From an uncultured Planctomycetia bacterium (GTDB taxonomy: Bacteria > Planctomycetota > MHYJ01 > WSZJ01), in the NCBI GenBank assembly GCA_964590435.1, contig CAZPWT010000005.1, positions 67,470 to 131,469 of the forward strand: a DNA stretch of 64,000 bases, given 5' to 3'. A program made the position numbers and the translations under genes. This document shows positions 17,058 to 27,420 of the stretch, piece after piece. The notes beneath the pieces were generated by a model. It saw only the letters and a program-made list of their open reading frames with translations, was not told the DNA's origin and did no database searches. The stretch's first letter is position 1. The number at the start of each line of letters is the position of its first letter.

Positions 17058-20000
17058 ATGGTGCTCAGCCTGCGCTCCATCCAGTCGTGGACTTCCCCCG
17101 CTACCGTCGCCCTCGGCGCGCGGGATCTCAAGGACGGCCGCGTCACCGGCGTGCGGAAAGCCGCAGAGACCCTCTGGAGCGGGCAGGTCAAGGGCGCCAA
17201 GGACCGCCCCTTCTCCGTCGAAATCGACCTCGGCCCCCGCGGCGAACATTTCTGCGAAGGCGCCTGCGAAGGCATCTGCCGCCACATCGTCGCCCTCGCG
17301 CTCGCCGTGGCGGAGAAGTCGGGGGACGCGGGAAGCGCCACGACGCACTGGGAGGACCGGCTCGGGGCGCTGGCGACGGCGTGCGACCTGGAAGCGCCGG
17401 CGGGGGTTTCGCTGCGCGTGGCGCTGCGGGTCGAGGAAGGGCGCCTGGCGGTGCAGGCGGCGCGCGGCGGCGAGCGGTTCGACGCGCGGACGGCGGACGA
17501 CGCCGGCCTGAACACCGACGAACGCCGCTTCACGGAGATCCTGGGGCTGGCGCTCGAGGACGCGACGCGCGTCAAGCCCGACGCGGTGGACGCCGTGCTG
17601 CGCGCGGCCCGCGACCTGGCCGAGGCGTGCCCGGGGGCGTTCGCCGAGGCGTCGATCCAGGAGCGGTTCCTGGGGTGGAAATTCCGCCTGTCCAAGCGCG
17701 AAGGCGGCGGGCTCCGCCTCGCGGGGTCGCTTCATGAGGGCGACGTGCCGGTGAGCGGCTGGTCGATCATCGGCGAGCGGCGGGCGTGGGCGACGGACGG
17801 ACGGCAGTGGCGGCCCGTGCAGGGGCTGCGCGACGCGGCGGCGGCGGTGTCGCTGCTGAAGGCGCCGGTGGACATCCCGCTGGCCGACTCGGACCGGTTC
17901 GTGAAGCAGCACTTCGCGAAGCTGGCGGACCCGGGGGCGCTGATCGTGGAGGACGGGGCGCTTTCGAAGCGTCTGGTGACGGTGAAGCCGCGGGCGGTGA
18001 TCGCGCTGTCGGAGGAGGTGGGCGCGCTGGTTGCGCGGCTGTCGCTGGCGTACGGGGACGGACCTGCGCAGGTGACGGAAGTGGAGAAGGCGGGGATGGT
18101 TGAGGGGATCGACCCGACGGGCGCGTTCTGGTCGCGGCGCGCGCCGGCGGCGGAGCGCGAATTCCGCGAGAAGCTTGCGGCGGCGGCGGGGTGCACGGGC
18201 GAGCCGTGGTCGGTGCGGTTGTGGGGCGAAAACGCGCTGAAATTCCTGTCGGAAGGGCTTCCGGGGCTTGGGTGGCCGATCGTCGGGCGCGACTCACTGC
18301 GCGGGTACAAGCTGCGCGGCGGGCGTCCGAAGACGTCGGTGCGCGTCTCGGTGTCGGGCTCATGGCTCGACATGGAGGCGACGGCGGCGCTGGATGGGCT
18401 CGGCATCCCTCTCGACGAGCTGTTCGCGGCGCACGACAACGGGCTGCGCTTCCTGAAGCTGCCCGACGGGTCGTGGTCGCCGATGCCGGAGGGGGATCTC
18501 CGGAAGCTGCGCGCGCTGTGGGAAGACGCGAAGCGCGCGGGGACGGCGGGGGGCAAGGGGAAGATCCGCCTTCCCGCGAACCAGATCGGCCTCGCGGGGG
18601 ACATTTTCGCGAGCGTGGACGCGCCGGAGCGGATGCCGGAGCCGCCGCAGCCGAAGGCCTTCCAAGCGCCGGCCGGGCTGCAGGCGACGCTGCGGCCGTA
18701 CCAGCAGGATGGGGTCGCATGGCTCGAGTCGATCCGCGACGGCGGGTTCCACGGCATCCTGGCGGACGACATGGGACTCGGGAAGACGCTCCAGACGCTG
18801 ACGCTGCTGCTGGGCGACCGGCAGAAGGGCGGCAAGGGACCGAACCTGATCGTGGCGCCGACGTCGGTAGTGGGGAACTGGGCGAAGGAGGCGGCAAAGT
18901 TCACGCCGCAGTTCAAGGTGCTGCGGTTCGAGGCGGGGTCGCGCGAGAAGCTGATCGCGAAAATCCCGGAGCACGACCTGGTGCTGACGACGTACGGCGT
19001 GCTGCGCCGCGACGCGGAGATGCTGTCGGGGATCCCGTTCCGCTGGGCGATCCTGGACGAGGCGCAGCAAATAAAAACATCGGACAGCCAGACGTCCCGC
19101 GCCGCCCGCCTCCTCCGCGCCGACCACCGCCTCTGCCTGTCCGGCACCCCCATCGAGAACAACCTCTACGAGCTCTGGAGCCAGTTCCGCTTCCTCATGC
19201 CGGAACTCCTCGGGTCGGAAGAGGCCTTCCGCGAGCGGTACGCCCTCCCGATCCACAAGTCCGGCGACCACGAAGCGATGGCGTCGCTCCGCCGCCGCGT
19301 GCGGCCGTTTATCATCCGGCGGCTGAAGGAAGACGTCGCGAAGGACCTCCCGCTCAAGACCGAGTCGCTCCTGCACTGCGAGCTCGCCCCGGCGCACCGC
19401 GAGTTCTACGAGCGCCTGCTGCTCCTCACCCGCGAGAAGGTCATGAAGGCGATCGATCGCGACGGGCTCGACGGCGCGCGCTTCGCCGTCCTCGAGGCCC
19501 TTCTCCGCCTCCGCCAGGCCGCGCTCCACACGGCGATGGTGAAGCTCCCCGGCCAGAAGCTCTCTCTCTCGGCCAAGCTCGACGAGATGGACGAACTTGC
19601 GCGCGACCTCGTCGCCAACGGCCACCGCGCGCTGGTCTTCTCGCAGTTCACCGAGTTCCTCTCGCTCGTCCGCGAGCGCCTCGACACGGCCGGGCTCAAG
19701 TACTGCTACCTCGACGGCGCGACCCGCAAGCGCGACGAGGAAGTCGCGAAGTTCCAGGAGGGCGACGCGCCGTTCTTCCTCATCTCGCTCAAGGCCGGTG
19801 GCGCCGGGCTCAACCTCACCGGCGCCGACTACGTCTTCCACCTCGACCCGTGGTGGAATCCCGCCGCCGAGGAGCAGGCGACCGACCGCGCGCACCGCAT
19901 CGGGCAGAAGCGCCCCGTGATGGTCTACAAGTTCGTGTCGAAGGACACGATCGAGGAGAAGGTGATCGCGCTGCAGGACAAGAAGCGCGCGCTGGCGGAG

Positions 20001-20072
20001 GGGGTGCTCGGGAGCGACGAGGCGTTCGCGAAGAGCCTGACGGTGGGCGACATCAAGGAGCTGTTCGATTAG
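17058..20072 (+). CDS. SWIM zinc-finger plus SNF2-family helicase (Snf2 N-terminal ATPase and helicase C domains)
   Basis: SWIM CxC...CxH at FCEGACEGICRHIVALAL; SNF2 motifs LRPYQQDGVAWL, ADDMGLGKTLQT, DEAQQIKT; helicase-C block LVFSQFTEFL...LISLKAGGAGLNLTGADYVFHLDPWWNPAAEEQATDRAHRIGQKRPV. Confidence 0.85.
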   Translation: MVLSLRSIQSWTSPATVALGARDLKDGRVTGVRKAAETLWSGQVKGAKDRPFSVEIDLGPRGEHFCEGACEGICRHIVALALAVAEKSGDAGSATTHWEDRLGALATACDLEAPAGVSLRVALRVEEGRLAVQAARGGERFDARTADDAGLNTDERRFTEILGLALEDATRVKPDAVDAVLRAARDLAEACPGAFAEASIQERFLGWKFRLSKREGGGLRLAGSLHEGDVPVSGWSIIGERRAWATDGRQWRPVQGLRDAAAAVSLLKAPVDIPLADSDRFVKQHFAKLADPGALIVEDGALSKRLVTVKPRAVIALSEEVGALVARLSLAYGDGPAQVTEVEKAGMVEGIDPTGAFWSRRAPAAEREFREKLAAAAGCTGEPWSVRLWGENALKFLSEGLPGLGWPIVGRDSLRGYKLRGGRPKTSVRVSVSGSWLDMEATAALDGLGIPLDELFAAHDNGLRFLKLPDGSWSPMPEGDLRKLRALWEDAKRAGTAGGKGKIRLPANQIGLAGDIFASVDAPERMPEPPQPKAFQAPAGLQATLRPYQQDGVAWLESIRDGGFHGILADDMGLGKTLQTLTLLLGDRQKGGKGPNLIVAPTSVVGNWAKEAAKFTPQFKVLRFEAGSREKLIAKIPEHDLVLTTYGVLRRDAEMLSGIPFRWAILDEAQQIKTSDSQTSRAARLLRADHRLCLSGTPIENNLYELWSQFRFLMPELLGSEEAFRERYALPIHKSGDHEAMASLRRRVRPFIIRRLKEDVAKDLPLKTESLLHCELAPAHREFYERLLLLTREKVMKAIDRDGLDGARFAVLEALLRLRQAALHTAMVKLPGQKLSLSAKLDEMDELARDLVANGHRALVFSQFTEFLSLVRERLDTAGLKYCYLDGATRKRDEEVAKFQEGDAPFFLISLKAGGAGLNLTGADYVFHLDPWWNPAAEEQATDRAHRIGQKRPVMVYKFVSKDTIEEKVIALQDKKRALAEGVLGSDEAFAKSLTVGDIKELFD

Positions 20073-23000
20073 AACGGCGCGGGAGAGCAGGCGCCGATGC
20101 GGCGCCCGATGACGTCCGACTGCCCCCTCGCCGCTTCAGCCTCCGCCGTGGCGCCGAGAGCGTCCAGCGCTTCGGCGCGGACGCCGAGGATCCGGACCTG
20201 CTCGAGTTCCTCCACGACGGCTTCCGATACCTTCGCCGATTCCGCGAGCCGCGCCAGCGCTTCGTCCCGCTTCCCCGCCTTCGCCTCAAACCGGGCGAGC
20301 ACGGCCAGGGCCTCCGCCTGCAGCGCGCGATGCGGAATCGTGCCGGCGTCTTCCAGCGCGCGCAACGCGTCGGCGGGTCCCTCCGGCGAGCCCAACCGGG
20401 CCGCGAGGAGGCGCGCGGCCGCGGCGTCGTCCTTTTCGTCCACGCCGTCGTACCTCGGGATCGCTTCCGCGAGGAGCCGGAGCGCCTCACCGTTCTTCCC
20501 TTCGCCCGCCGCGATCCGGGCATCCAGGAATAGAAGTGTGGCCGCGATCGACTGGCCCGTGGGCTCCGCTGCAAACTCGGGCCGTTCGTGCAGGCGCCGC
20601 CGCACTCCTTCGAGCAGTTCCGGCGCCCCGCCACTGCCGACGTCCAGCACCAGCCACGCCCGGCGCACCATGAGGCGGAGCCACGGAAGCGGGTCCGCGA
20701 GCGACTCGGTACGCTCACACCCCTGGGACAGCACGTCGAGACACTCGGCGATCCGGCCCTGCATGGCGAGCGAGCGGCCCAGATTGAGGTAAATGCTCCC
20801 GTACCCGACAACCGCCCCGGTCTCGGTGCGAATCGCCAGGGCCTCGCGAAGCGCCGTTTCGGCTTCCTTCCAGCGGTTGAGCCGGTTGAGGCACGCGCCG
20901 ACGTTGGTCAGGGTGATGGCGATGCCGTGGCGCGTCCCGAGGGCGCGCGCGGACGAGAGGGACTGCTCCAGGTGCGAGAGGGCTTCCTCGGTCCGCTTCA
21001 GGCGGAACAGCAGGGTGGCGATGTTGTTGATCGAGCCGGAGATGCCGAGCGGGTTATCCAGGTGGCGATGGGCTTCGAGGGCGGCCCGGTGGGCGGCCAG
21101 GGCTTCCTCGAACCGTGACAGCCGAAGGAGAACGGCGCCTCGCTCCCCGAGGACGAAGGCGCGGGCGATCTGGACATCGCGCGGTTCGCCGGGGTTCCCG
21201 GGACCGACCTCGGTCTCCTGCAGCGCTTCTTCTGTGCGGCCGAGCCCGCCGAGGGCTCGGCATCGGAGCCCACGGCGTTTGAGATCGAGTTCCGGTCCCA
21301 GGGCCGGGTCGATGCGGGAGCTGGCGACCTGGAGGGCGCGCGCGAAGTCCGCCGTGTGGAGGTCGAGGTTCGCCGAGAGCATGGCGGCCCGCGCCCGCAG
21401 CATGGGATCGGCGCCGCAGAGCGCCAGCGCGGCGTCGGCATGGGGGCGGGCCTCCGCGATCCGGCCCAGGACGAAGCAGGCGTGGCCGAGCAGCTCCCTC
21501 GAGTGGGCGCCGTCCTCGAGTCGGACTGCCTCGAGCCCCGCGGCCCGCGCCTCCGTGGGGTTCGAAACTGCCGCGTCCTTCGCGACCTGCCGGTGCAGCC
21601 GGGCGGCCCCCGAGGCGTCCCCCGCCGCCTCGCGGTGCCCGGCGGCCAGGGTCAGAGCTCCCCGCCCGGCGGTCACCGCACGCGGTTCCAGCGCTTCCGC
21701 CGCCGCCTTGTGAAGGGCCGCCCGGTCGCGCTTGGTGAGGAGGCCGTAAGCGGCGTCCCGGAGGAGCGCGTGGCGGAACTGGAGCGCGGGTTCGCCGGGG
21801 AGGACGGAGGCGGGGGACGGGACGACCAGCGACGCGTCGCGCGCTTCCTCGAGCGCCGCTTCCGAACCGGCGGGCAACAGCGCGGGCCAGAAGACGCGGC
21901 CGAGGACGGAGGCGGCCTTGAGGGTCTCTCGGCAGGCGGGGGACTGGGCATCGATGCGGGCGACCAGGACGCCGAGGAGAGAGGCGGGGACGCGATCGGG
22001 GGAGGCGGCGAGGTCGAGCGGCCGGCCGGAGACGAGCCGCTGGCGGCGGAGGTGGCGCGCGAGTTCCTCGGCGTAGTACGGGTTGCCCCCGGACTGGCGG
22101 ACGAGGAAGTCCGCGAGGGCGTCGGAGAGCGGCTCGCCGAAGACGCCCTGGGCGACGGCGCGCACGGCGGCGGCGGGGAGCTCGCCGAGCGGGATGAGGT
22201 CGCCGGGAAGCGGCCGGTTGCACGGGCGGCTCGAGGCGACGACGAGCGCGCGTCCTTCGGGGGCCGCCGAGGCCAGCGCTTCGGCAAGTTCGCAGGTCGC
22301 GGCATCCGCCCAGTGGAGATCCTCGAGGCAGAGCAGGACGCGCCGCGAGGTCGCCAGGGCCCGGAACCACGCGCGCCAGGCGGGAAGCGTTTCGTCGCGC
22401 GCCGCGGCGCCGTCGATCATCGCGCGCCGTTCGTCCGGGATGGGGAAGCCGAGCGACAGCGCGATCAGGTCCGCTTGCCGCGCGGCCACGGCCCCCTCCC
22501 CCAGCACGCCCGCAAACCAGCCCGGCACGTTCGCCGGCGTCCCCGCCGACTGCCGCGCCAGCTCCGCGAACGGGGAGAGCGGGAGCGGCGTTTCCTGGAG
22601 CGCGCGCCCCGAGAACACCGCCGCGCCGGCGCCGGAAGCGCGCACCCGGCGGCGGAGGTCCGCCAGCAGGCGGCTCTTGCCGATCCCCGCTTCCCCCTGC
22701 ACCACGAGGACGCGCGGGCTGCCGGCGTTCCAGGCGGCCTCGAGGCGGGCCAGCTCGTCCTGCCGGCCGTGGAGTGCGCCGCCGACGCCCTCGATGATCG
22801 CCGACTCCGCCCCGGGATCGCCGGGCGCCGCCTCATACGCCCGCACCGTTTCCTTGCGGCCTTTCAGCGCGAACTCCCCGGCGTCGCGAAAACGGATACG
22901 GCCGGCCGCGGCGGCGCGGACGGAGTCGGAAACGAGGACGGTCCCCGGACGCGCGGCGGATTCGAGGCGCTGCGCGACGTTGACCGCGTCGCCCATCGCC

Positions 23001-23365
23001 GTCGCGCGGTCGCCGCCGACGCCGCCCCACAGGACCTCGCCGAGGTTCACGCCGACGCGCAGCCCGAGCGAATGCTTCCGCTCGCGGTTGAACGCCTCGA
23101 TCTCGTCCTGCATCGCCAGCGCCGCGCGCACCGCCCGGACCGGGTCGTCCTCATGCGCCACCGGCGCCCCGAAGACCGCCATCACCGCGTCCCCGATGAA
23201 CTTGTCGATCGTCCCGCCCCGCGCCTCGATGACGCGCCGGAATCGCGCGAAGAGCGCGTCGACGAGGTCGCGCACGTCCTCGGGGTCCATCGACTCCGAC
23301 AGCGCCGTGAACCCGCTCAGGTCCGAGAAGAGGACGGCGACCGTGCGGCGCTCGGCGGTGGACAT
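20069..23365 (-). CDS. Class III adenylate/guanylate cyclase fused to an AAA/STAND-type ATPase and TPR repeats
   Basis: Cyclase domain [18 protein letters not shown]...[17 protein letters not shown]...[13 protein letters not shown]; P-loop [17 protein letters not shown]; long C-terminal TPR-like helical repeats. Its stop overlaps the SNF2 stop (TTAG). Confidence 0.8.
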   Translation of the reverse strand: MSTAERRTVAVLFSDLSGFTALSESMDPEDVRDLVDALFARFRRVIEARGGTIDKFIGDAVMAVFGAPVAHEDDPVRAVRAALAMQDEIEAFNRERKHSLGLRVGVNLGEVLWGGVGGDRATAMGDAVNVAQRLESAARPGTVLVSDSVRAAAAGRIRFRDAGEFALKGRKETVRAYEAAPGDPGAESAIIEGVGGALHGRQDELARLEAAWNAGSPRVLVVQGEAGIGKSRLLADLRRRVRASGAGAAVFSGRALQETPLPLSPFAELARQSAGTPANVPGWFAGVLGEGAVAARQADLIALSLGFPIPDERRAMIDGAAARDETLPAWRAWFRALATSRRVLLCLEDLHWADAATCELAEALASAAPEGRALVVASSRPCNRPLPGDLIPLGELPAAAVRAVAQGVFGEPLSDALADFLVRQSGGNPYYAEELARHLRRQRLVSGRPLDLAASPDRVPASLLGVLVARIDAQSPACRETLKAASVLGRVFWPALLPAGSEAALEEARDASLVVPSPASVLPGEPALQFRHALLRDAAYGLLTKRDRAALHKAAAEALEPRAVTAGRGALTLAAGHREAAGDASGAARLHRQVAKDAAVSNPTEARAAGLEAVRLEDGAHSRELLGHACFVLGRIAEARPHADAALALCGADPMLRARAAMLSANLDLHTADFARALQVASSRIDPALGPELDLKRRGLRCRALGGLGRTEEALQETEVGPGNPGEPRDVQIARAFVLGERGAVLLRLSRFEEALAAHRAALEAHRHLDNPLGISGSINNIATLLFRLKRTEEALSHLEQSLSSARALGTRHGIAITLTNVGACLNRLNRWKEAETALREALAIRTETGAVVGYGSIYLNLGRSLAMQGRIAECLDVLSQGCERTESLADPLPWLRLMVRRAWLVLDVGSGGAPELLEGVRRRLHERPEFAAEPTGQSIAATLLFLDARIAAGEGKNGEALRLLAEAIPRYDGVDEKDDAAAARLLAARLGSPEGPADALRALEDAGTIPHRALQAEALAVLARFEAKAGKRDEALARLAESAKVSEAVVEELEQVRILGVRAEALDALGATAEAEAARGQSDVIGRRIGACSPAPF

Positions 23366-23389
23366 GGGCGTGATGATACCGGCGTTCCG

Positions 23390-23938
23390 TCAGATCGACT
23401 TGCGCACCACCGAAGTCCCCGCGACTGGCTTGAACCCCGCGTCCAGGAACAGCTTCTCCGGCCCCGTCCACACCTCCCCGGCCTCGTGCTCCCCCGCCAC
23501 AGGGTACGCCTCGACCTCCTTCACCCCCATCCGCTGCAGGTGCTCCATCGAAATCGCCAGCAGCACCCGCGCATACCCCTGCCGCCGCTTCTCCGGCGCC
23601 ACCAGCAGGCAGTTGATGCACCACAGGTCCTCCGGCCCCGGCGGCGGCTTCAGCTTCTCCACCAGCTTCGGGAAATTCTTCCGCGGCCCGAACTGGCACC
23701 AGCCGACCGGCGCTTCGTCCTCGTAGAGCAGCATGCCCGTGTCGCCCTGAAGCGCGATCCGGTCGCACTTCTGCTCGCGCAGCTTCGCCTTGTCCGCCTT
23801 CGCCCAGTCGTCGTTGGTGCCCGGAAAGTGCCAGTACATGCACCAGCACCCGCCGCAATCGGCGCGGTCGTGGAACTTGAAGAAGTCCTCCGCGAACTCG
23901 GGCTGCAGCGCACGGGCCCAGAGGTGGGGTTCGGGCAT
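23390..23938 (-). CDS. GNAT-family N-acetyltransferase
   Basis: [17 protein letters not shown] (motif A acetyl-CoA loop); 182 aa. Confidence 0.65.
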   Translation of the reverse strand: MPEPHLWARALQPEFAEDFFKFHDRADCGGCWCMYWHFPGTNDDWAKADKAKLREQKCDRIALQGDTGMLLYEDEAPVGWCQFGPRKNFPKLVEKLKPPPGPEDLWCINCLLVAPEKRRQGYARVLLAISMEHLQRMGVKEVEAYPVAGEHEAGEVWTGPEKLFLDAGFKPVAGTSVVRKSI

Positions 23939-24390
23939 GGGGGAAGTCTACAGCCGGCGGTGCGATTGGGCGTGACACGGAGGGTCCCTGCCGCTACAAA
24001 TCGCTCCTTCGGCACTGCGCCATTGCCCGACCTGCTTCTCAATCCGGGAAGCGGGAACCACCCCTCTCCAGGCAGCACGGTCGGCCCGACAGGCGACCTC
24101 GGATGGCTTCCAGGCCATCGCGCCGGATGGGAGGTGTCACGGCAACGAACTGAAGTGCAGGCCGAACCGTTCTCGCCCGTTCCCCGCGCCCCTCAGATCG
24201 CGCATCGATTCATCCCCTCTGCCGCGCCGGGACGTCCGCGAAACGAATTCCGCCTGGGTGGAGACGGACCCGTCGCCGCCGGGCTCATCCGATCCCATGC
24301 CCCGCCGCGAACCGGCCTCCGGATCCGCCGGCTGCCCCGCAGGGACGGTCCTGCCGGGCAGAAGTGCCATCCATCACCGGAGAAACCCAT

Positions 24391-24967
24391 GAGAAGGAAA
24401 GGTTTCACCCTGATCGAGCTGCTCGTCGTGATCGCCATCATCGGAATCCTGGCCGCTCTTCTCCTGCCGGCCCTCGCGGCCGCCCGGAAGTCGAGCCGCA
24501 AGACCGACTGCAAGAACTCGCTGAAGCAGATCGGTGTCTATTTCGCGCTGTACGAGTCGAAGTTCAAGGAGTACCCGACGCCGGGAGCCGCCACGTGGTT
24601 CGGGCTGCTCTGGCGCCCCGGCCTCGCCCAGGACGGCAATCTGTTCCGGTGCGCGGTCGTGGGCAAGTCGGGAAGCGGGACGCACTACCAGGGGATCATC
24701 GGGCCGGGCTCCTACACGCCGCCCAGCGCTTCTCCGTATTCCTGGGGAGGCGCGGGGATCGGCGACGGGGCCCCGCCGGACTTGCCGATTGCCTGTGACG
24801 ACGACCAGGGAACGACCCCCAACCACGGCTCGGGGGATGACCGGAACGTCCTGTTCTTCCAGGGACGCGTGGACGGATTTCCCATCGACTCTCCCACGGA
24901 GCACGCCGTGAATTCGCTCCTCGCCCCCACGAACGGGGCCTGGACGGCGCCCGGGGGATCCAAATAG
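24391..24967 (+). CDS. Prepilin-type N-terminal cleavage/methylation protein of the DUF1559 (H-X9-DG) family
   Basis: [28 protein letters not shown] class III signal; C-terminal [14 protein letters not shown] resembles the NVLFADGSV box of DUF1559 proteins, which are expanded in Planctomycetes/Verrucomicrobia. The start lies inside a spurious 1203-aa antisense ORF. Confidence 0.8.
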
Positions 24968-24975
24968 CAGGGATC

Positions 24976-25021
24976 CAAAAAGCGACGGCCTCCGGGGTCG
25001 ATCCCGGAGGCCGTTTTTTCC
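24976..25021. terminator. Bidirectional intrinsic terminator
   Basis: aaaaagcgacGGCCTCCGGGgtcgatCCCGGAGGCCgtttttt. Confidence 0.8.
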
Positions 25022-25031
25022 ATCGCCTGCC

Positions 25032-26189
25032 TTAGATCATCCGCGGCTTGCGCTCCGGCTTCTTCTCGCCGCCGCCCTCGCCGCGCGCCTTCTTCATCAT
25101 CGCCCTCAGCTCTTCCAGCTCCGCGCGCAGTTTCTCGGCCACTTCCTTGCGCCCGTTCTCCTTCGCCTGCCGGATCTGGTTCTCGACCTCGTCGATGCGG
25201 CGCTCGATCTTCGCCACCGCCTCCGCCCTCCGGCGCTCGACGTTCTCCTTTTCGCCGCCGGTCAGCTCGTGCATCAGCCCCTCAATCGCCTGCCGAAGTT
25301 CCCGGGCGCGCTCGCGCTCCCCGCCCGCCTCCGCCTTCTTGAGCTCCGCACGAAGCAGCTCGACTTTCTCCTTCATCGCCGCGCGCCGCTCGTCCTGGCC
25401 ACCGTCCTTGCCGGCCGGCGGACGATTGCCGCCGTCGCGGCCCTTCTCCATCTCCTGCATCGCGTTCTTCAGGCGCTGGAGGCCGTTGCGCAGCTCCTCG
25501 GCGCGCTTCTTGTCTCCCTTTTCCTCCGCATCGCGAAGGGCCCTGTGGAGTTCCTCGGCCTTGGCGCGGAGCTCGTCGGCGTGGCGCTGCATCTCGGCGC
25601 GATCCGGGCCCATCCCCGGGCCGGGCCCCTGCATGTCGTCGTGCCTACGAGGTTCGCCGCCAGGGCCCGGGCCGCCGGGCCGCGGGCCGCCGTCCTTGGC
25701 CTGCCGCTGCTTCTGCTCGAGGTGCTCCATCTGGAGGCGCACCGTCTCGAGCTCGAACTTCAGGTTCTGCATCTGGTGCTCGATCTCGCGCGCCTTCATG
25801 CGAAGCTGGAATTTCTGCTCTTCGATCTGCTCCGGCCCGCCGCCGGGCATTCCGCCCGGGCCACCCGGGCCGCCGGGACGAGGACCTCCGGGTCCCTGCG
25901 GGCCGCCCGGGCCCATGCCGGGGCCGCCGTCGCGCCCGGGACCGCCAGGGCCGCCCTCGCGCCCCGGGCCACCCGCCCTGGGGCCGCCGTCACGACCGTC
26001 CGGGCCCATCCCCGGACGCGGACCGCGGTCGCCGGGACGTCCGCCCTCCCGGTCCATCTCCCTCTCCATCTGCTCCATCCGCCCCCTCTGCTCATCCATG
26101 CCGGGGTCGCGCGGACGCGGTTCCTCCGCAGTCGCGGAGAACGGAAGAATCGAAGCGGTCGTCAGGATGACGGAGTGAATCCAGCGCAT
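25032..26189 (-). CDS. Secreted Gly/Pro-rich plus charged coiled-coil protein, last gene downstream of gspJ
   Basis: Signal peptide MRWIHSVILTTASILPFSATA; RPGGPGGPGG-type repeats; a long E/R/K-rich heptad region (ELRAKAEELHRALRDAEEKGDKKRAEELRNGL...). Confidence 0.6.
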   Translation of the reverse strand: MRWIHSVILTTASILPFSATAEEPRPRDPGMDEQRGRMEQMEREMDREGGRPGDRGPRPGMGPDGRDGGPRAGGPGREGGPGGPGRDGGPGMGPGGPQGPGGPRPGGPGGPGGMPGGGPEQIEEQKFQLRMKAREIEHQMQNLKFELETVRLQMEHLEQKQRQAKDGGPRPGGPGPGGEPRRHDDMQGPGPGMGPDRAEMQRHADELRAKAEELHRALRDAEEKGDKKRAEELRNGLQRLKNAMQEMEKGRDGGNRPPAGKDGGQDERRAAMKEKVELLRAELKKAEAGGERERARELRQAIEGLMHELTGGEKENVERRRAEAVAKIERRIDEVENQIRQAKENGRKEVAEKLRAELEELRAMMKKARGEGGGEKKPERKPRMI

Positions 26190-26278
26190 GGCGATCTCCT
26201 GTTTCGGGGCTGTGTTGTTGGAAGAGTAACGGCCCGGCGGGCGGTTTATTGTGGGAAGCCGGAATTCCGCCGCCCCGT

Positions 26279-26968
26279 TCAATGGACGGGAGCCATCTCC
26301 ATCACGTACTTCTTCTCCGCCGCCTGCGCGTCCTTCTTCGCCAGCTCGGCGTCCGGGACCAGCACGAGCGTGATTCTCACGATCTGGGGAAGCGCCTTCT
26401 TCTGGGCGTCCTGGTCGCCCCAGGTCGCGAGCCAATCCTTGCCGTCCCAGTACTCCAGCTTCAGCGTCTTCACGCGCTTGTACATTTCCTGCAGCGTCCC
26501 GCCGGTCGCGGGCTTGTCGTCAACGTACGGGTCCTCGCGGCGCACGAGGATCTGCACCGAGGTGTCGTCGGGATTCGTCCGGAGGAAATACCCGACCTCG
26601 CAGAAGTCCGCGACGCGCTTCGTCGTCGGGTCCCACACGTCGCGCGACGAGATGAAATCGAGCGTGTCGGCATCGCCGGCGCCCTGCGAGTTGTCCTTTC
26701 CCGTGAAATACGCCGGGTTTTCCGGCGCAGGCTCCCCCTCCGCCGGCGGCGGCTGGTCGGGGACCGGCGGCACGAACGCGGCCGCAATGTCGTCCGACAT
26801 CAGCTTCAGGATCACCGGACCCGCTTCGTCGATCTCCGCCGTGCGCTCGAGCCGCGTGCGGGTCTGAAGCGTCGCGACGAGGACGCCGTAGATGATTCCG
26901 ATCATGATCGCGGTGATCGTGACGGTGAGGAGGACCTCCAGCAGCGTGAACCCGGCGGCGCGCTTCAT
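26279..26968 (-). CDS. gspJ: Type II secretion minor pseudopilin GspJ-like
   Basis: MKRAAGFTLLEVLLTVTITAIMIGIIYG prepilin N-terminus; ~229 aa; last in the G-H-I-J order. Confidence 0.7.
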   Translation of the reverse strand: MKRAAGFTLLEVLLTVTITAIMIGIIYGVLVATLQTRTRLERTAEIDEAGPVILKLMSDDIAAAFVPPVPDQPPPAEGEPAPENPAYFTGKDNSQGAGDADTLDFISSRDVWDPTTKRVADFCEVGYFLRTNPDDTSVQILVRREDPYVDDKPATGGTLQEMYKRVKTLKLEYWDGKDWLATWGDQDAQKKALPQIVRITLVLVPDAELAKKDAQAAEKKYVMEMAPVH

Positions 26969-27420
26969 CGCCCGCCTCCCCCGCCGCCGCCCTCGGGCGC
27001 CGCGTCGTCTTCCTTCAGGAGCCGGTACCACTGCGCCTGCGAGACGCGCTGCGTCCCGTCGGGGAGCTGCTGCGTCACCTTGACCGTGATCTTCCACATC
27101 TCGCGCGGATGGTCGTCGTCCACCTTCTCGATCGCGTCCATCGTGACCTTCTCGGTCAGCCGCTCCCATGAGGCGGTCGGCTCTTCCTCGAACGTCCCCG
27201 ACTCGGTCCCCTCCTTCACGTCGTCGATCTTCACCTCTTCGTAGTCGCCGACCTTCTGCTGCAGCAGCCCCCACGACGTCCGGAGCTGCTTCGCCTGCGT
27301 CACGTGCTCGATCGCGCGCGTCCGCATGTACAGCAGCGCGAAGACCGTCGTCGACACGATCGCCAGCGCGAGCATGACCTCGAGCAGGGTGAACCCGGCG
27401 TCGCGGCGGATGCGGATCAT
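26965..27420 (-). CDS. gspI: Type II secretion minor pseudopilin GspI-like
   Basis: MIRIRRDAGFTLLEVMLALAIVSTTVFAL; ~151 aa; ATGA overlap with gspJ. Confidence 0.7.
   Translation of the reverse strand: MIRIRRDAGFTLLEVMLALAIVSTTVFALLYMRTRAIEHVTQAKQLRTSWGLLQQKVGDYEEVKIDDVKEGTESGTFEEEPTASWERLTEKVTMDAIEKVDDDHPREMWKITVKVTQQLPDGTQRVSQAQWYRLLKEDDAAPEGGGGGGGR

Noticed and set aside
16163-19162. ORFs 16163..17695 (-), 16764..17912 (-), 17732..19162 (-), 17767..18897 (-) and 18191..20533 (+) across the skp/SNF2 region
   Set aside because: They cross a divergent intergenic palindrome and are antisense or alternative-frame to the SWIM-SNF2 helicase; Ser/Arg/Pro low complexity only.
21356-24967. 1203-aa plus-strand ORF spanning the cyclase-STAND and GNAT genes
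   Set aside because: Only its last 192 codons (from ATG 24391) encode a recognisable DUF1559 prepilin. The rest is antisense to well-supported minus-strand genes and translates to Arg/Gly/Glu low complexity.
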